Below, piece by piece: positions 27,366-36,424 of a stretch of DNA of 64,000 nt. Source of the stretch: Candidatus Xenobia bacterium (lineage in GTDB: Bacteria; Vulcanimicrobiota; Xenobia; Xenobiales; QWHO01); assembly GCA_045863235.1 (NCBI GenBank), contig BTUM01000020.1, forward strand, positions 1 to 64,000. The letters are read 5' to 3'. Made by a program: the position numbers and the translations under genes. The notes below the pieces were generated by a model. That model made no database searches. It was not told the origin of the DNA and saw only the letters and a program-made list of their open reading frames with translations. Within the stretch, counting starts at the first letter, position 1. Each line of letters begins with the position of its first letter.

Positions 27366-28015
27366 AGCTTTCCAACCTCCACCAGAACGGAGAAGACCGT
27401 TCCGCCGATTCCCAGGATGACGCCCAGCAACAACAAGCCGGTTCGCCCTCCGCCTTCCAGGCTCTCCACCAGGGTCAGGCAGACCAGCCCGAGGCTCAAG
27501 AAGACCACCCCCATCAGCAACCGCTCGGCCTTGGTGCGCAGCACCTCGGCTTGATCAAAGTGGGGTTTGGGAGCCAGGTCGCGAGTCCGCGAGGCCGCAG
27601 CCACCAGCTCTCCCACCTCGGCGTCGGCCTTGTAGCGGCCTTCTCGATCCATGAACTTGTTGGGAAACATCTGCAGTTTGGAGTCCACCATGGCGTCGGC
27701 CTCAGCCTGGCGTTGCTCGAGGTCTTTCGCCTGGCTGCCGCTGGCCTCAGCCAGCTCTTCGTCCAGGGTGTTGGAGATCTCCGCGTAGCGGCGGAAATTG
27801 GCGTAGGCCTGAGCGTGCTGATAGGCCTCCACGGTGGCAACCGTGGTCACTTCCTGCACGTTGACGACGGCTTTCAGGCCATCATAATCTTCATCCCCCG
27901 CCCCGTCCGCCGCCACCGAAGCACGCCAGGCTACCACCGCGGCGATCACCGTAACGATTGCGATCAAGATCGCTGTCCAGTGCTCGATTGAGTCCTTTTG
28001 CTCCTCGTCTGCCAT
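27362..28015 (-). CDS. Three-TM membrane protein (DUF4337-like), paralogous to the N-half of the downstream gene
   Basis: ILIAIVTVIAAVVAW, a soluble loop, then two C-terminal TM helices; GGAGG RBS. Confidence 0.7.
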   Translation of the reverse strand: MADEEQKDSIEHWTAILIAIVTVIAAVVAWRASVAADGAGDEDYDGLKAVVNVQEVTTVATVEAYQHAQAYANFRRYAEISNTLDEELAEASGSQAKDLEQRQAEADAMVDSKLQMFPNKFMDREGRYKADAEVGELVAAASRTRDLAPKPHFDQAEVLRTKAERLLMGVVFLSLGLVCLTLVESLEGGGRTGLLLLGVILGIGGTVFSVLVEVGKL

Positions 28016-28167
28016 GCCTGCCCTCCTTCGATAAACCGAGGGTGATACGACGCCACCGGGCCCCGGCCCTCTGGCCAGGATACATGGTTTCCGAATGGGT
28101 GGACCGGCCGCCCGGGGGGCGCGAGGGGGGCGCTCGGGGGGCTCAGTGCTCGCACTTTGATCGAACG

Positions 28168-28230
28168 AATGGGCTGGAACAACGTTCCAGCCCATTTGAA
28201 GTGCAAGACTACAGGCCCTTGCACTTCAAA
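28168..28230. repeat. Two abutting perfect 13-bp inverted repeats
   Basis: aatgggctggaac-aac-gttccagcccatt (28168-28196) and tttgaagtgcaag-N10-cttgcacttcaaa (28195-28230). Confidence 0.8.
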
Positions 28231-28269
28231 AGCAGGAGATTCGCGGCGGCCCTCCAAACCTGCGGCCTC

Positions 28270-28803
28270 ATGTCCTTTGACAGTCTCAGCTTTCGCAAGT
28301 GCCTGGGCAAGTTTGCCACCGGCGTGACGGTGGTGACCACGCGGGTCGAGGATCGCATTCACGGCATGACCGTCAACTCGTTCACCTCCGTGTCGCTGGT
28401 ACCGCCTCTCATCTTGTTCTGTCCCAAGAACCTCACGCGCACCTTCGAAATGCTCAAGAGCAGCGGGGTCTACGCGGTCAACGTTCTGTCCGGCGAGCAG
28501 GCCTACATCAGCGAGCGCTTCGCCGGGCTGATCACCGACGATACCGATCGCTTCGCAGGTCTCGAGCACACGCCCGGACCCCTGACGGGCTGCCCTCTGC
28601 TGACCGGTTGCCTGGCTCACCTCGAGTGTCGCCTGGTCGACCACCACCCGGCCGGCGACCACAACATCTGCGTGGCCGAGGTGATCGGCCTCTCGGTGCC
28701 CGGCGAGGGTGATCCCTTGCTTTACTATTCCGGCAACTACTACCAGTTTCCCGATCGCATTCTGCCGCGGCCCATCGCCGCGCCAGCGCGCAAAGATCTC
28801 TAG
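28270..28803 (+). CDS. Flavin reductase family protein (DIM6/NTAB)
   Basis: FRKCLGKFATGVTVVTT, GMTVNSFTSVSLVPP, GDH, PLLYYSG.Y. Confidence 0.92.
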   Translation: MSFDSLSFRKCLGKFATGVTVVTTRVEDRIHGMTVNSFTSVSLVPPLILFCPKNLTRTFEMLKSSGVYAVNVLSGEQAYISERFAGLITDDTDRFAGLEHTPGPLTGCPLLTGCLAHLECRLVDHHPAGDHNICVAEVIGLSVPGEGDPLLYYSGNYYQFPDRILPRPIAAPARKDL

Positions 28804-28817
28804 AGAGGAGCTACCCC

Positions 28818-29627
28818 ATGTCCACCCAGACCACCACCAATATCGAGGACCTCGTCCTGTACAGAGTCGTGGACGGCATCGCCGTGCTCGAGCTCAATGA
28901 CCCCCCGGCCAACACCTACACCTACGAAATGATGCAGCGGCTCGACCAGTGCATTCTCCAGGCTCGCATGGACGAGAACGTGCACGTGATCTTGCTCACC
29001 GGCCACGGGGACAAGTTCTTCTCGGCCGGCGCCAACATCAAGATGCTGGCCTCGGTCACCCCCCGCTTCAAGTATTTCTTCTGTCTGCACGCCAACGAGA
29101 CGCTCAACCGACTCGAGCAGACTCCCAAGCTGGTGATCGCCGCCCTCAACGGCCACTGCGTGGGGGGGGGCATGGAGATCGCCATGGCCGCCGACATCCG
29201 TGTGGCCCGGGCCGACGCCGGCAAGATCGGGCTGCCCGAGGTGAACCTGGGCGTGCTGCCTGGCACCGGCGGCACCCAGCGCCTCTGCCGGCTGGTGGGC
29301 AAGTCGCAGTCCATCGAGCTGATGGCCACCGGGCGGACCTTCTCCTTCGAGGAGGCGCTGGAGATGGGCCTGATCTCCCACATCTTCAACCAGGACAACT
29401 TCATGGACGAGGTCATGGCCTACGCCCGCCAGTTCCTGCCTCCCAACAAGGCCAGCTTCGCCGTGGGCCGGATCAAGCGCTCGGTGCAGTCGGGCATGGA
29501 GATTCCCTTCGAGAGCGCTCTGTGCCTCGAGCGCGAGCTCCAGCAGCAGCTGTTCTGCTCGGCTGACGCGGCCGAGGGGCTGCAGGCCTACGTGAACAAG
29601 AAGACCGCTAACTTCAAAGGAGCCTGA
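28818..29627 (+). CDS. Enoyl-CoA hydratase/isomerase family protein
   Basis: FSAGANI, IAALNGHCVGGGMEIAMAAD, GLPEVNLGVLPGTGGTQRL. Confidence 0.93.
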   Translation: MSTQTTTNIEDLVLYRVVDGIAVLELNDPPANTYTYEMMQRLDQCILQARMDENVHVILLTGHGDKFFSAGANIKMLASVTPRFKYFFCLHANETLNRLEQTPKLVIAALNGHCVGGGMEIAMAADIRVARADAGKIGLPEVNLGVLPGTGGTQRLCRLVGKSQSIELMATGRTFSFEEALEMGLISHIFNQDNFMDEVMAYARQFLPPNKASFAVGRIKRSVQSGMEIPFESALCLERELQQQLFCSADAAEGLQAYVNKKTANFKGA

Positions 29628-29632
29628 ACGCC

Positions 29633-31099
29633 ATGGCCACCGCTACCCAGCTTCCTCTGTCACCCGGTAAGCTCCTGATCGGCGGCGAGTGGGTCGCGGC
29701 GGCCGAGGGCAAGACCTTCTCCACCATCAACCCGGCCACCGAGGAGGCCATCACCGAGCTGGCCATGGCCGGCAAGGCCGACTCCGACCGGGCCGTCGAG
29801 GCCGCCCATGCTGCGCTGACCGGCCCCTGGGGCAAGATGTCGGCCGCCGAGCGCGGTCGCCTGCTCTGGCGCCTGGCCGAGAAGATGCGCGAGAAGGCCG
29901 ACGATCTGGCCTTGCTGGAAGCCTGCGACGTGGGCAAGCCGGTCAGCGAGGTCAAGCACGTGGACGTGCAGTTTGCAGCTGACACCTTCGAATACTTCGG
30001 AGGCTGGAGCTCCAAGCTGCACGGCGACACCATTCCCGTGCGCGGGAACAACTTCAACTACACCCTGCGCGAGCCCCTGGGCGTGGTGGCCTGCATCGTG
30101 CCGTGGAACTTCCCTCTTCTGATGGCGTCCTGGAAGGTGGCGGCTGCGCTCTCGGTAGGCAACACCGTGGTGCTCAAACCCTCGAGCACCTCGCCCCTGA
30201 CCGCCCTCAAGCTGGGCGAGCTGGCTCTGGAGGTGGACTTCCCGGCCGGCGTTCTGAACGTCGTCACCGGTCCTGGCCGCGAGGTGGGCGATGCCCTGGT
30301 GCGCCATCCGCTGGTGGACAAGGTCACCTTCACCGGCGAGACGGAGACCGGCAAGTCCATCATGCGTCTGGCTGCCGACGGGATGAAGAGCGTCACCATG
30401 GAGCTGGGCGGCAAGTCGCCCAACGTGGTCTTCGCCGACGCCGACCTCGAGGCTGCCGTTCGGGGCGTGATCGGGGGCATCTTCTACAACAAGGGCGAGG
30501 TCTGCGCAGCCGGCTCGCGCCTGCTCATCGAAGCCAGCGTGCACGACGAGTTCATGGACAAGCTGGTGGCCCGGGCCGCCAAGATGGTACCCGGCGACCC
30601 GCTCGACCCCAAGACCCGTCTGGGCCCCCTGGCCTCGCGCTCGCAGCTGGAGAAGGTTACCGGCTACGTCGAGGCGGGCACTCGCGAGGGCGCGAAGCTG
30701 GCCTGCGGAGGCCAGCGGGTGGACATCGGCACCGGCAAGGGCTACTTCTTCCAGCCCACCATCTTCGACGGCGTGACCAACCAGATGACCATCGCCCGCG
30801 AGGAGATCTTCGGGCCGGTGCTCTCCAGCATCGTTTTCAAGGACCTCGAGGAGGCCGTCAGCGTGGGCAACGACTCGCCCTTCGGCCTGGCCGCCGGGGT
30901 CTGGACCAACGATATCAAGAAGGCCCACCGGGCCGCTCGCGCCTTGCGGGCCGGCACGGTCTGGGTCAACACCTACAACGTCTATGACCCGGCTTCGCCC
31001 TTCGGTGGCTACAAGTTCAGCGGTTTCGGCCGCGAGCTGGGAGCCGCCGCGCTGGAGAGCTACACCCGGGTGAAGAGCGTCTGGGTGGGGTTGGACTGA
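29633..31099 (+). CDS. NAD-dependent aldehyde dehydrogenase
   Basis: PWNFP, FTGET, MELGGKSP, GEVCAAGSR, EEIFGP, PFGGYKFSG.GRE. Confidence 0.97.
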   Translation: MATATQLPLSPGKLLIGGEWVAAAEGKTFSTINPATEEAITELAMAGKADSDRAVEAAHAALTGPWGKMSAAERGRLLWRLAEKMREKADDLALLEACDVGKPVSEVKHVDVQFAADTFEYFGGWSSKLHGDTIPVRGNNFNYTLREPLGVVACIVPWNFPLLMASWKVAAALSVGNTVVLKPSSTSPLTALKLGELALEVDFPAGVLNVVTGPGREVGDALVRHPLVDKVTFTGETETGKSIMRLAADGMKSVTMELGGKSPNVVFADADLEAAVRGVIGGIFYNKGEVCAAGSRLLIEASVHDEFMDKLVARAAKMVPGDPLDPKTRLGPLASRSQLEKVTGYVEAGTREGAKLACGGQRVDIGTGKGYFFQPTIFDGVTNQMTIAREEIFGPVLSSIVFKDLEEAVSVGNDSPFGLAAGVWTNDIKKAHRAARALRAGTVWVNTYNVYDPASPFGGYKFSGFGRELGAAALESYTRVKSVWVGLD

Positions 31100-31161
31100 C
31101 CCTTCAGCGACGACCGGAGCTCGATACTCCCTCAGGAGCGCTCGATCATTTCTCGAGAGAG

Positions 31162-31176
31162 CTTTACAATGCAAAG
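31162..31176. promoter_or_regulatory. Putative operator CTTT-N7-AAAG (site 1)
   Basis: ctttacaatgcaaag ~48 nt upstream of the membrane protein/regulator pair; matches a second site at 32210. Confidence 0.55.
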
Positions 31177-31223
31177 TTCCTGTGGTAGACTTTTACTCAA
31201 GTCATCAAGGGAGCACTGACTGC

Positions 31224-31823
31224 TTGGAAATCGAGAAGGCGCTGGCCCAGATCCAGGAGATCCACGGTCATCTGGCCCGTTCGGAAGTCTATCGCGGCTA
31301 CCGCTCGTTGCCGATGGCCTTCACCGGGATGATCGGCCTGCTGGCCAGCGTAGCCCAACCCTGGATCGTCGATCCCGACTCCCCGGCGGCCTTCCTGCGC
31401 TACTGGGCTACGGTGTGCGTGGCCAACGTGCTGGTGGTGGGACTGGACATGATCTACGACTATCACGTGCATCTTGCTCCCCGTGATCGGCGCATGACCC
31501 GGCAGGTGGTGAGCCAGTTCATCCCCTGCCTGGTGGCCGGCGCGTTCCTGACTCTGGTCTTCGCGCGCGGTCACGACGTGGCGTTGCTGCCCGGCCTGTG
31601 GGCTCTCGTCTTCAGCCTGGGCGCCTTTGCCTCTCGGCCCTATCTGCCGCGCGGCGTAGGCTGGGTGGCGCTCTATTACCTGGTCTGCGGGTGCGTGCTG
31701 CTGGCCCTGGCTCAAAGTCAGGCCAGCCTGGCGGCCTGGAGCATGGGGGCTTCCTTCGGGCTGGGCCAGCTCTTTCTGGCCACGGTCCTGTACTGGAACC
31801 TGGAAAGGAGAACCAATGGATAA
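31224..31823 (+). CDS. Multi-TM membrane protein partnered with a winged-helix regulator
   Basis: About 6 hydrophobic segments; TTG start after AGGGAG; overlaps the regulator start. Confidence 0.75.
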   Translation: MEIEKALAQIQEIHGHLARSEVYRGYRSLPMAFTGMIGLLASVAQPWIVDPDSPAAFLRYWATVCVANVLVVGLDMIYDYHVHLAPRDRRMTRQVVSQFIPCLVAGAFLTLVFARGHDVALLPGLWALVFSLGAFASRPYLPRGVGWVALYYLVCGCVLLALAQSQASLAAWSMGASFGLGQLFLATVLYWNLERRTNG

Positions 31824-32190
31824 CAAGGGGCGTTATGCCTACGAGGGGTTGGACCGGATCCTTCATGAGAAGGCCCGGTTGGGCATCATGACCTCGCTTC
31901 TGGCCCGTCCGGAAGGATTGCTGTTCAATCACCTCAAGGAGCTCTGCAATCTCACCGATGGCAACCTGAGCCGGCACCTTCAGGTGTTGCACCAGGCCAC
32001 CCTGATCGAGATCTTCAAAGGCTATGAAAAGAAGCGTCCTCAGACGCTGGTGCGCCTGACCGGCGAAGGTCGCGAGCGCTTTCTGGCCTACCTCGAGGAG
32101 CTCGAGCGGGTGGTCCAGGACGCCGCCAACAGCGCCCGCTCGACATCCACCGGGCCGACCGGAGTGCCGGCGGGGTGGATGCCGGCCTGA
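31816..32190 (+). CDS. Winged helix-turn-helix transcriptional regulator (HTH_34/MarR-like)
   Basis: LDRILHEKARLGIM...F..LKELCNLTDGNLSRHL..L...K......P.T...LT..GR..F. Confidence 0.9.
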   Translation: MDNKGRYAYEGLDRILHEKARLGIMTSLLARPEGLLFNHLKELCNLTDGNLSRHLQVLHQATLIEIFKGYEKKRPQTLVRLTGEGRERFLAYLEELERVVQDAANSARSTSTGPTGVPAGWMPA

Positions 32191-32209
32191 GGTTTTTTTT
32201 GCCACGATT

Positions 32210-32224
32210 CTTTGTTCGATAAAG
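32210..32224. promoter_or_regulatory. Putative operator CTTT-N7-AAAG (site 2)
   Basis: ctttgttcgataaag ~24 nt upstream of ispH; both sites are followed by ttc. Confidence 0.5.
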
Positions 32225-32247
32225 TTCACTGTGGAGGAAACCTGAAC

Positions 32248-33117
32248 ATGCGGGTGATCCTGGCCCAGGCGATGGGCTACTGTTTCGGGGTCAAAGACGC
32301 ATTGGAGCTGGCCGACGAGCTCGCTGACCCATCTCAGGTCACGATTTACGGAGAGCTGGTGCACAACGAGGAGGTGCAGAGCCGTCTGGCGGCCCGGGGC
32401 TACGTGGCCATGAGCGAAACCGGACGGTTGATCCCCGCCACTCCGGCGGTGATGGTCACCGCCCACGGCATCAGCGAGCGTGAGCGCAAACAGCTGCTGG
32501 CGGCCGGCAAGGAGCTCATCGACACCACCTGCCCGCTGGTGCGGCGGGTACATCGTCAGGCCGAGAAACTGCGCGATGAAGGCTACTTCCTGGTGGTCAT
32601 CGGCAAGAGCGGGCACGTCGAGGTGCGCGGCATCACTGGCGACCTGGAGCGATACGCAGTGGTGGAGCGCCCCCAGGACGTGCGGTTCTTCACGGCCGGC
32701 AAGCTGGCGGTGATCTGCCAGACCACCACCGCGCCGGCCTCGGTGGGCCCCATCTTACGGGCCATCGAGGCGGCCCATCCGGGCCAGGAGGTGCGTTTCG
32801 TGGATACCATCTGCAAGCCCACCAGAGACCGCCAGAACGCGGCTCAAAGCCTGCTCAACCGGGTTCAGGCCCTGGTGGTGGTTGGGGGCAAGAACTCCAA
32901 CAACACCCGGGCGCTGGCCCAGATGGCCCGCGAACGAGGCATCCCTTGCTGGCACGTGCAAACGGCGGCCGACCTCGACCCGGCCTGGTTCGAGCCCTTC
33001 CGGGGTCAGGCCGTGGGTCTCACCGCCGGTACCTCCACCCCCGAGGAGGTGATCCAGGGAGTGCACGGTTTCTTGCTCGATCTGGCCCGTCAGCACCAGG
33101 GCCGCCCGGCCGCGTGA
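32248..33117 (+). CDS. ispH: 4-hydroxy-3-methylbut-2-enyl diphosphate reductase
   Basis: GYCFGV, LVHN, AHG, DTTCPLV, HVEV, QTT, DTIC..T..RQ, NSNN, TAGTSTP. Confidence 0.95.
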   Translation: MRVILAQAMGYCFGVKDALELADELADPSQVTIYGELVHNEEVQSRLAARGYVAMSETGRLIPATPAVMVTAHGISERERKQLLAAGKELIDTTCPLVRRVHRQAEKLRDEGYFLVVIGKSGHVEVRGITGDLERYAVVERPQDVRFFTAGKLAVICQTTTAPASVGPILRAIEAAHPGQEVRFVDTICKPTRDRQNAAQSLLNRVQALVVVGGKNSNNTRALAQMARERGIPCWHVQTAADLDPAWFEPFRGQAVGLTAGTSTPEEVIQGVHGFLLDLARQHQGRPAA

Positions 33118-33824
33118 GCAGAAAGAGCCTGAGCCACGCCGTCCGGGCCCGCACCTTGCTCGAGCTGGCCACCCACGGCGCCCTGGGCACGCTGGCCGAA
33201 GGCCACCCTTATACATCCCTGGGGACAGTGGCCGCCCATCAGGGTCAACCGGTGTTGCTCCTGAGCGACCTGGCCGAGCACACCCGCAACTTGCGGGCCG
33301 ATCCCCGCGCCTCCCTGCTGGTCTGGGAGGAGGGGGCCGTCGATCCGCTGGCCACTGGACGCGTCACGCTGCTGGGCCGGCTGCTGCAGGATGATTCCGG
33401 CCGGGAGGACTTCCTGGCCCGCCACCCCGAGGCCGAGCGCTACGCCGGGTTCAAGGATTTTCACTGGTTCCGGCTCGTGGTGGAGTCGGCTCGCTATGTG
33501 GGCGGGTTCGGGCGCATGTCCTGGGTGAGCGGCGAAGAGTTTGTCTCGGCCGAGCCTGACCCTCTAGCCGCGCTGGCAGCCGGCATCAAGGCCCACATGA
33601 ACGACGACCACGAGGAGCATATGCTGCTGATGGCCCGCCACTTCGCCGGGGTATCCGGCCAGCGGGCTCGATTGGTCGAGGTGGACTCGCTGGGATTCAC
33701 GATGCGTGTGGACGAGGCCGAGGTCGGTGTGGACTTTCCTCAACTCGTCACGACTTCCGTCGAGGTGCGCCAGGCCATGGTCGAGCTCGTGCGGCAGGCC
33801 CGGGGAGGTACCAAAGATCACTGA
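33114..33824 (+). CDS. HugZ/pyridoxamine-5'-phosphate-oxidase-like protein with DUF2470 domain
   Basis: GHPYTS...LSDLAEHTRNL..DPRASLL...YVGGFG...HMNDDH. Confidence 0.88.
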   Translation: MSRKSLSHAVRARTLLELATHGALGTLAEGHPYTSLGTVAAHQGQPVLLLSDLAEHTRNLRADPRASLLVWEEGAVDPLATGRVTLLGRLLQDDSGREDFLARHPEAERYAGFKDFHWFRLVVESARYVGGFGRMSWVSGEEFVSAEPDPLAALAAGIKAHMNDDHEEHMLLMARHFAGVSGQRARLVEVDSLGFTMRVDEAEVGVDFPQLVTTSVEVRQAMVELVRQARGGTKDH

Positions 33825-33879
33825 AGGCTGCCTTCCGATCGGCTAGCATGGTTGCTATAATCAACCATGCGGAGGAACG

Positions 33880-34296
33880 ATGAACGAGCGAATCCAGGCC
33901 CTGGAGAAAGCTGTGGCCGAGGCCCGGCGCGTGCAACGACAAGACTACAATCAGCTTATGGGGGGAATTGCCAGCCTCCACGATGCGACAACCGGTCTTC
34001 ACCGGCGAGTGACCGCGGTTGAGCAGGCGGTGAGCACCCTCCAACAGTCTGTGAAGAAGGTTGAGCAGGCTGTGAGCACGGTTGAGCAGGCTGTGAGCAC
34101 GGTTGAGCAGGCTGTTCGCGTCCAGAGTGGAGTCACTGGAGGGCTTCACGACTCCATGTTGTCCTATCAGAGCAGCAGCCTGTCTCTGTTCGACCTGCTC
34201 TACGGAGCCGTGGTCGCCGAGAATGATCAGAAGGATGCCGCAATCGAGGAGATTTGCCGCCGGCTCGACCGGCTCGAGAACCCTCCCGCCGCCTGA
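33880..34296 (+). CDS. Coiled-coil hypothetical protein with heptad repeats
   Basis: GGAGG RBS; VEQAVST heptads encoded by exact 21-bp repeats at 34060-34115. Confidence 0.65.
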   Translation: MNERIQALEKAVAEARRVQRQDYNQLMGGIASLHDATTGLHRRVTAVEQAVSTLQQSVKKVEQAVSTVEQAVSTVEQAVRVQSGVTGGLHDSMLSYQSSSLSLFDLLYGAVVAENDQKDAAIEEICRRLDRLENPPAA

Positions 34297-34656
34297 TCAG
34301 GCCCGCTTGCTGAACTCGAACAGGCTCGAGAGCTCGCCGTCGTCGAGCCAGATGCCGTGAGCGGCGCAGCCGTCGATCACCACCGGGCAACCCTCCAGAA
34401 AGGCCTTGCGCTCCATTGGCCCCTGGCAGCGCGGGCAGGGGAGGGGAGGAGCCTGGTCGTCCGGAGGTTGCACGTCCCGAATCAAGCCCACGGCCAGGTC
34501 GGAGGCAGCCAGAACGGCATAAGGCGCCTTGAGCAGGCGCTCCAATTCGTCCCCGTCATACCAGGCCCCATCGCATTCCGGGCAGAGGTCCACCTGCACC
34601 TCGCCGACCATGATCTCGCGCAGGTTGACCCGGCAGCGAGGACAGCTGAGGCTCAC
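34297..34656 (-). CDS. Double zf-TFIIB zinc-ribbon protein
   Basis: CPRC...VDLCPECDGAWYDGDEL and CPRC...IDGCAAHGIWLDDGEL. Confidence 0.88.
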   Translation of the reverse strand: MSLSCPRCRVNLREIMVGEVQVDLCPECDGAWYDGDELERLLKAPYAVLAASDLAVGLIRDVQPPDDQAPPLPCPRCQGPMERKAFLEGCPVVIDGCAAHGIWLDDGELSSLFEFSKRA

Positions 34657-35036
34657 GGGGTGGGAGGCGCGGGGGCGGGGGGAGCGTCGTCGGCGCCAGG
34701 CGTGATGGTGCCGTCGTCGTCGGTCACCTGATACTTCTTGACGGTCAGGTTCTTCCAGCCGTCCTTGTCCAGCGTGATGGTGCCCGAGGCTACCACGTAG
34801 CTGCCCACGAAGCGAAGCAACTGGCTTCCCGTGGCATCGTTGACCACGATGTATGACTCGCCATCATTGGGCTGAATCTCGACCTGCACCGGGTAGCCGT
34901 TCTGGTCTTCAGCCAGGGCCATCACGGTGCCGGAAATGATGAAAAGGTCTTGCTTACCCTTGGGCTGGGCCAGCAGGCCCAGGCACAGGCTGGCAATCAG
35001 AGTGATGAAAAGGGTGGCTCGCAGAGCGCGATTCAA
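34653..35036 (-). CDS. Small secreted protein, possible OB-fold
   Basis: Signal peptide followed by a beta-rich domain and a Pro tail. Confidence 0.6.
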   Translation of the reverse strand: MNRALRATLFITLIASLCLGLLAQPKGKQDLFIISGTVMALAEDQNGYPVQVEIQPNDGESYIVVNDATGSQLLRFVGSYVVASGTITLDKDGWKNLTVKKYQVTDDDGTITPGADDAPPAPAPPTP

Positions 35037-35039
35037 AGC

Positions 35040-35795
35040 TTATCCCTCATTTTCAAGCGGAGTTCGAGCAGAAGGGCCCGTTAGGAGCAGATTCGCGTTC
35101 TCAGCTCGCCCCCCTTCCCACACGCGCCAGGGAAGCCATAAGAGCAGGAAGTTGAAGGCAGAGAGAACCTCCAGGCTCAGTAGATAAAAGGGCCAGGGAC
35201 CGAGGTAGTCCATCAAGCTGCCGCCCGCAGGCTTGGAGCAGAGGTACCCGTAGTTCCAGCCGAAGGAAAAGTCCAGTGCCCCCACGATCAGGGCGTAGAG
35301 GTTGAGCGCGAGCAGGGCTCGCAGCACGCTCCCGGGGCGCGGGCGGAGCCGGTAGGCGGCCATCAGATAGAAGACGGCCGTGAAGATCAGCCCGTGTCCG
35401 ATGAAGAATTCCAGGTAGTACCAGCTGGGAAAGCCCACCCCCTGGGAGATGTCCGGCTGAAGGAGGGCCTGCAGTGCTCCCGCCAGCCCCCAGTAGTAGG
35501 CCAGCTCGAAACTTGTCTGGGAAGGGGAGAGCACTGCCCAGAGGCAGATCAACACCACCAGGTCGCACAGGTGCAAGGGCAATGCCTCGGTCACCGCCGC
35601 CAGGCCCGCGTCCTTCCAGCGCTGGTAGTAAGCGGTGAGGATATAGGCCAGGATAACAAGAGCGATCAGTCGGCCCGGCAGCAGGCGCTGGCGCTCGTCC
35701 AGCCGCCTGGCCCAGAGCAGGATGGCCACCGACAGGATCACGGTCAGAGCCAGGGGGATCAGGTGCTGGTCCGACCAGGCCTGAAACGGGATCAC
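35040..35795 (-). CDS. YwaF/TMEM164 (TIGR02206-type) integral membrane protein
   Basis: LPLHLCD, YYWGLAGALQALLQPD, FFIGHG, NYGYLCSKP..GSLMDYLGPWP.Y. Confidence 0.88.
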   Translation of the reverse strand: MIPFQAWSDQHLIPLALTVILSVAILLWARRLDERQRLLPGRLIALVILAYILTAYYQRWKDAGLAAVTEALPLHLCDLVVLICLWAVLSPSQTSFELAYYWGLAGALQALLQPDISQGVGFPSWYYLEFFIGHGLIFTAVFYLMAAYRLRPRPGSVLRALLALNLYALIVGALDFSFGWNYGYLCSKPAGGSLMDYLGPWPFYLLSLEVLSAFNFLLLWLPWRVWEGGRAENANLLLTGPSARTPLENEG

Positions 35796-36424
35796 GGGCG
35801 ACGGCCGTAACGCTCGAACGAGACCACCTCGCGCACGGGTCGGCGGCGATTGGGGGTATACTCCTCCAGGGGCCAGCCTAGCGGAATGAGGCAACAAGGG
35901 GTGACCCGCCAGGGCAGCCCCACCGCCCGGCGGACCGCTCCGAGATTCCACAGCGGTATGGTGATCAGGGCCGCCCCCAGACCGGCGGCCCGGGCGCCGA
36001 GCAAAAGGTTCTGCACGGCCGGATAGATGGACCCGAAAGCGCTGGTGGCAGCCAGGAAGGGAAAAGGCCAGATGACTTGCTTGAGGCATGGGATGATCAG
36101 GGCGGGAATCTCTTCGAAGTGGTCTGCCTGCCACTGGGCCGATTCGAACATGCGCTGGCGGGTGGGTGTAAGCTTTGCCAGTGGCTTGAGCATGCGAAAC
36201 AGCGCGAATGCCTGTCGATTGAGGCGGGCCAGTCGGGCTATGGTCTCGCGCTCGCGCACGACCACGAACTCCCAGCCCTGGGCATTGGAGCCTGAGGGAG
36301 CTCGGATGGCCAGGTCCAGAAGGTGCAAGAGCAGCTCATCCTCGACCGGGTCTGTCTTGAGGCGGCGCAGGGCTCGCTGGGTACGCATGGCCTGCTCGAG
36401 GGGCATGTCCAGGTTGTAAGCCAT
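35792..36424 (-). CDS. Nitroreductase family protein
   Basis: TQRALRRL..DPV, APSGSNAQGWEFVVV, SIYPAVQNLLLGARAAGLG, PLGWP. Confidence 0.9.
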   Translation of the reverse strand: MAYNLDMPLEQAMRTQRALRRLKTDPVEDELLLHLLDLAIRAPSGSNAQGWEFVVVRERETIARLARLNRQAFALFRMLKPLAKLTPTRQRMFESAQWQADHFEEIPALIIPCLKQVIWPFPFLAATSAFGSIYPAVQNLLLGARAAGLGAALITIPLWNLGAVRRAVGLPWRVTPCCLIPLGWPLEEYTPNRRRPVREVVSFERYGRRP

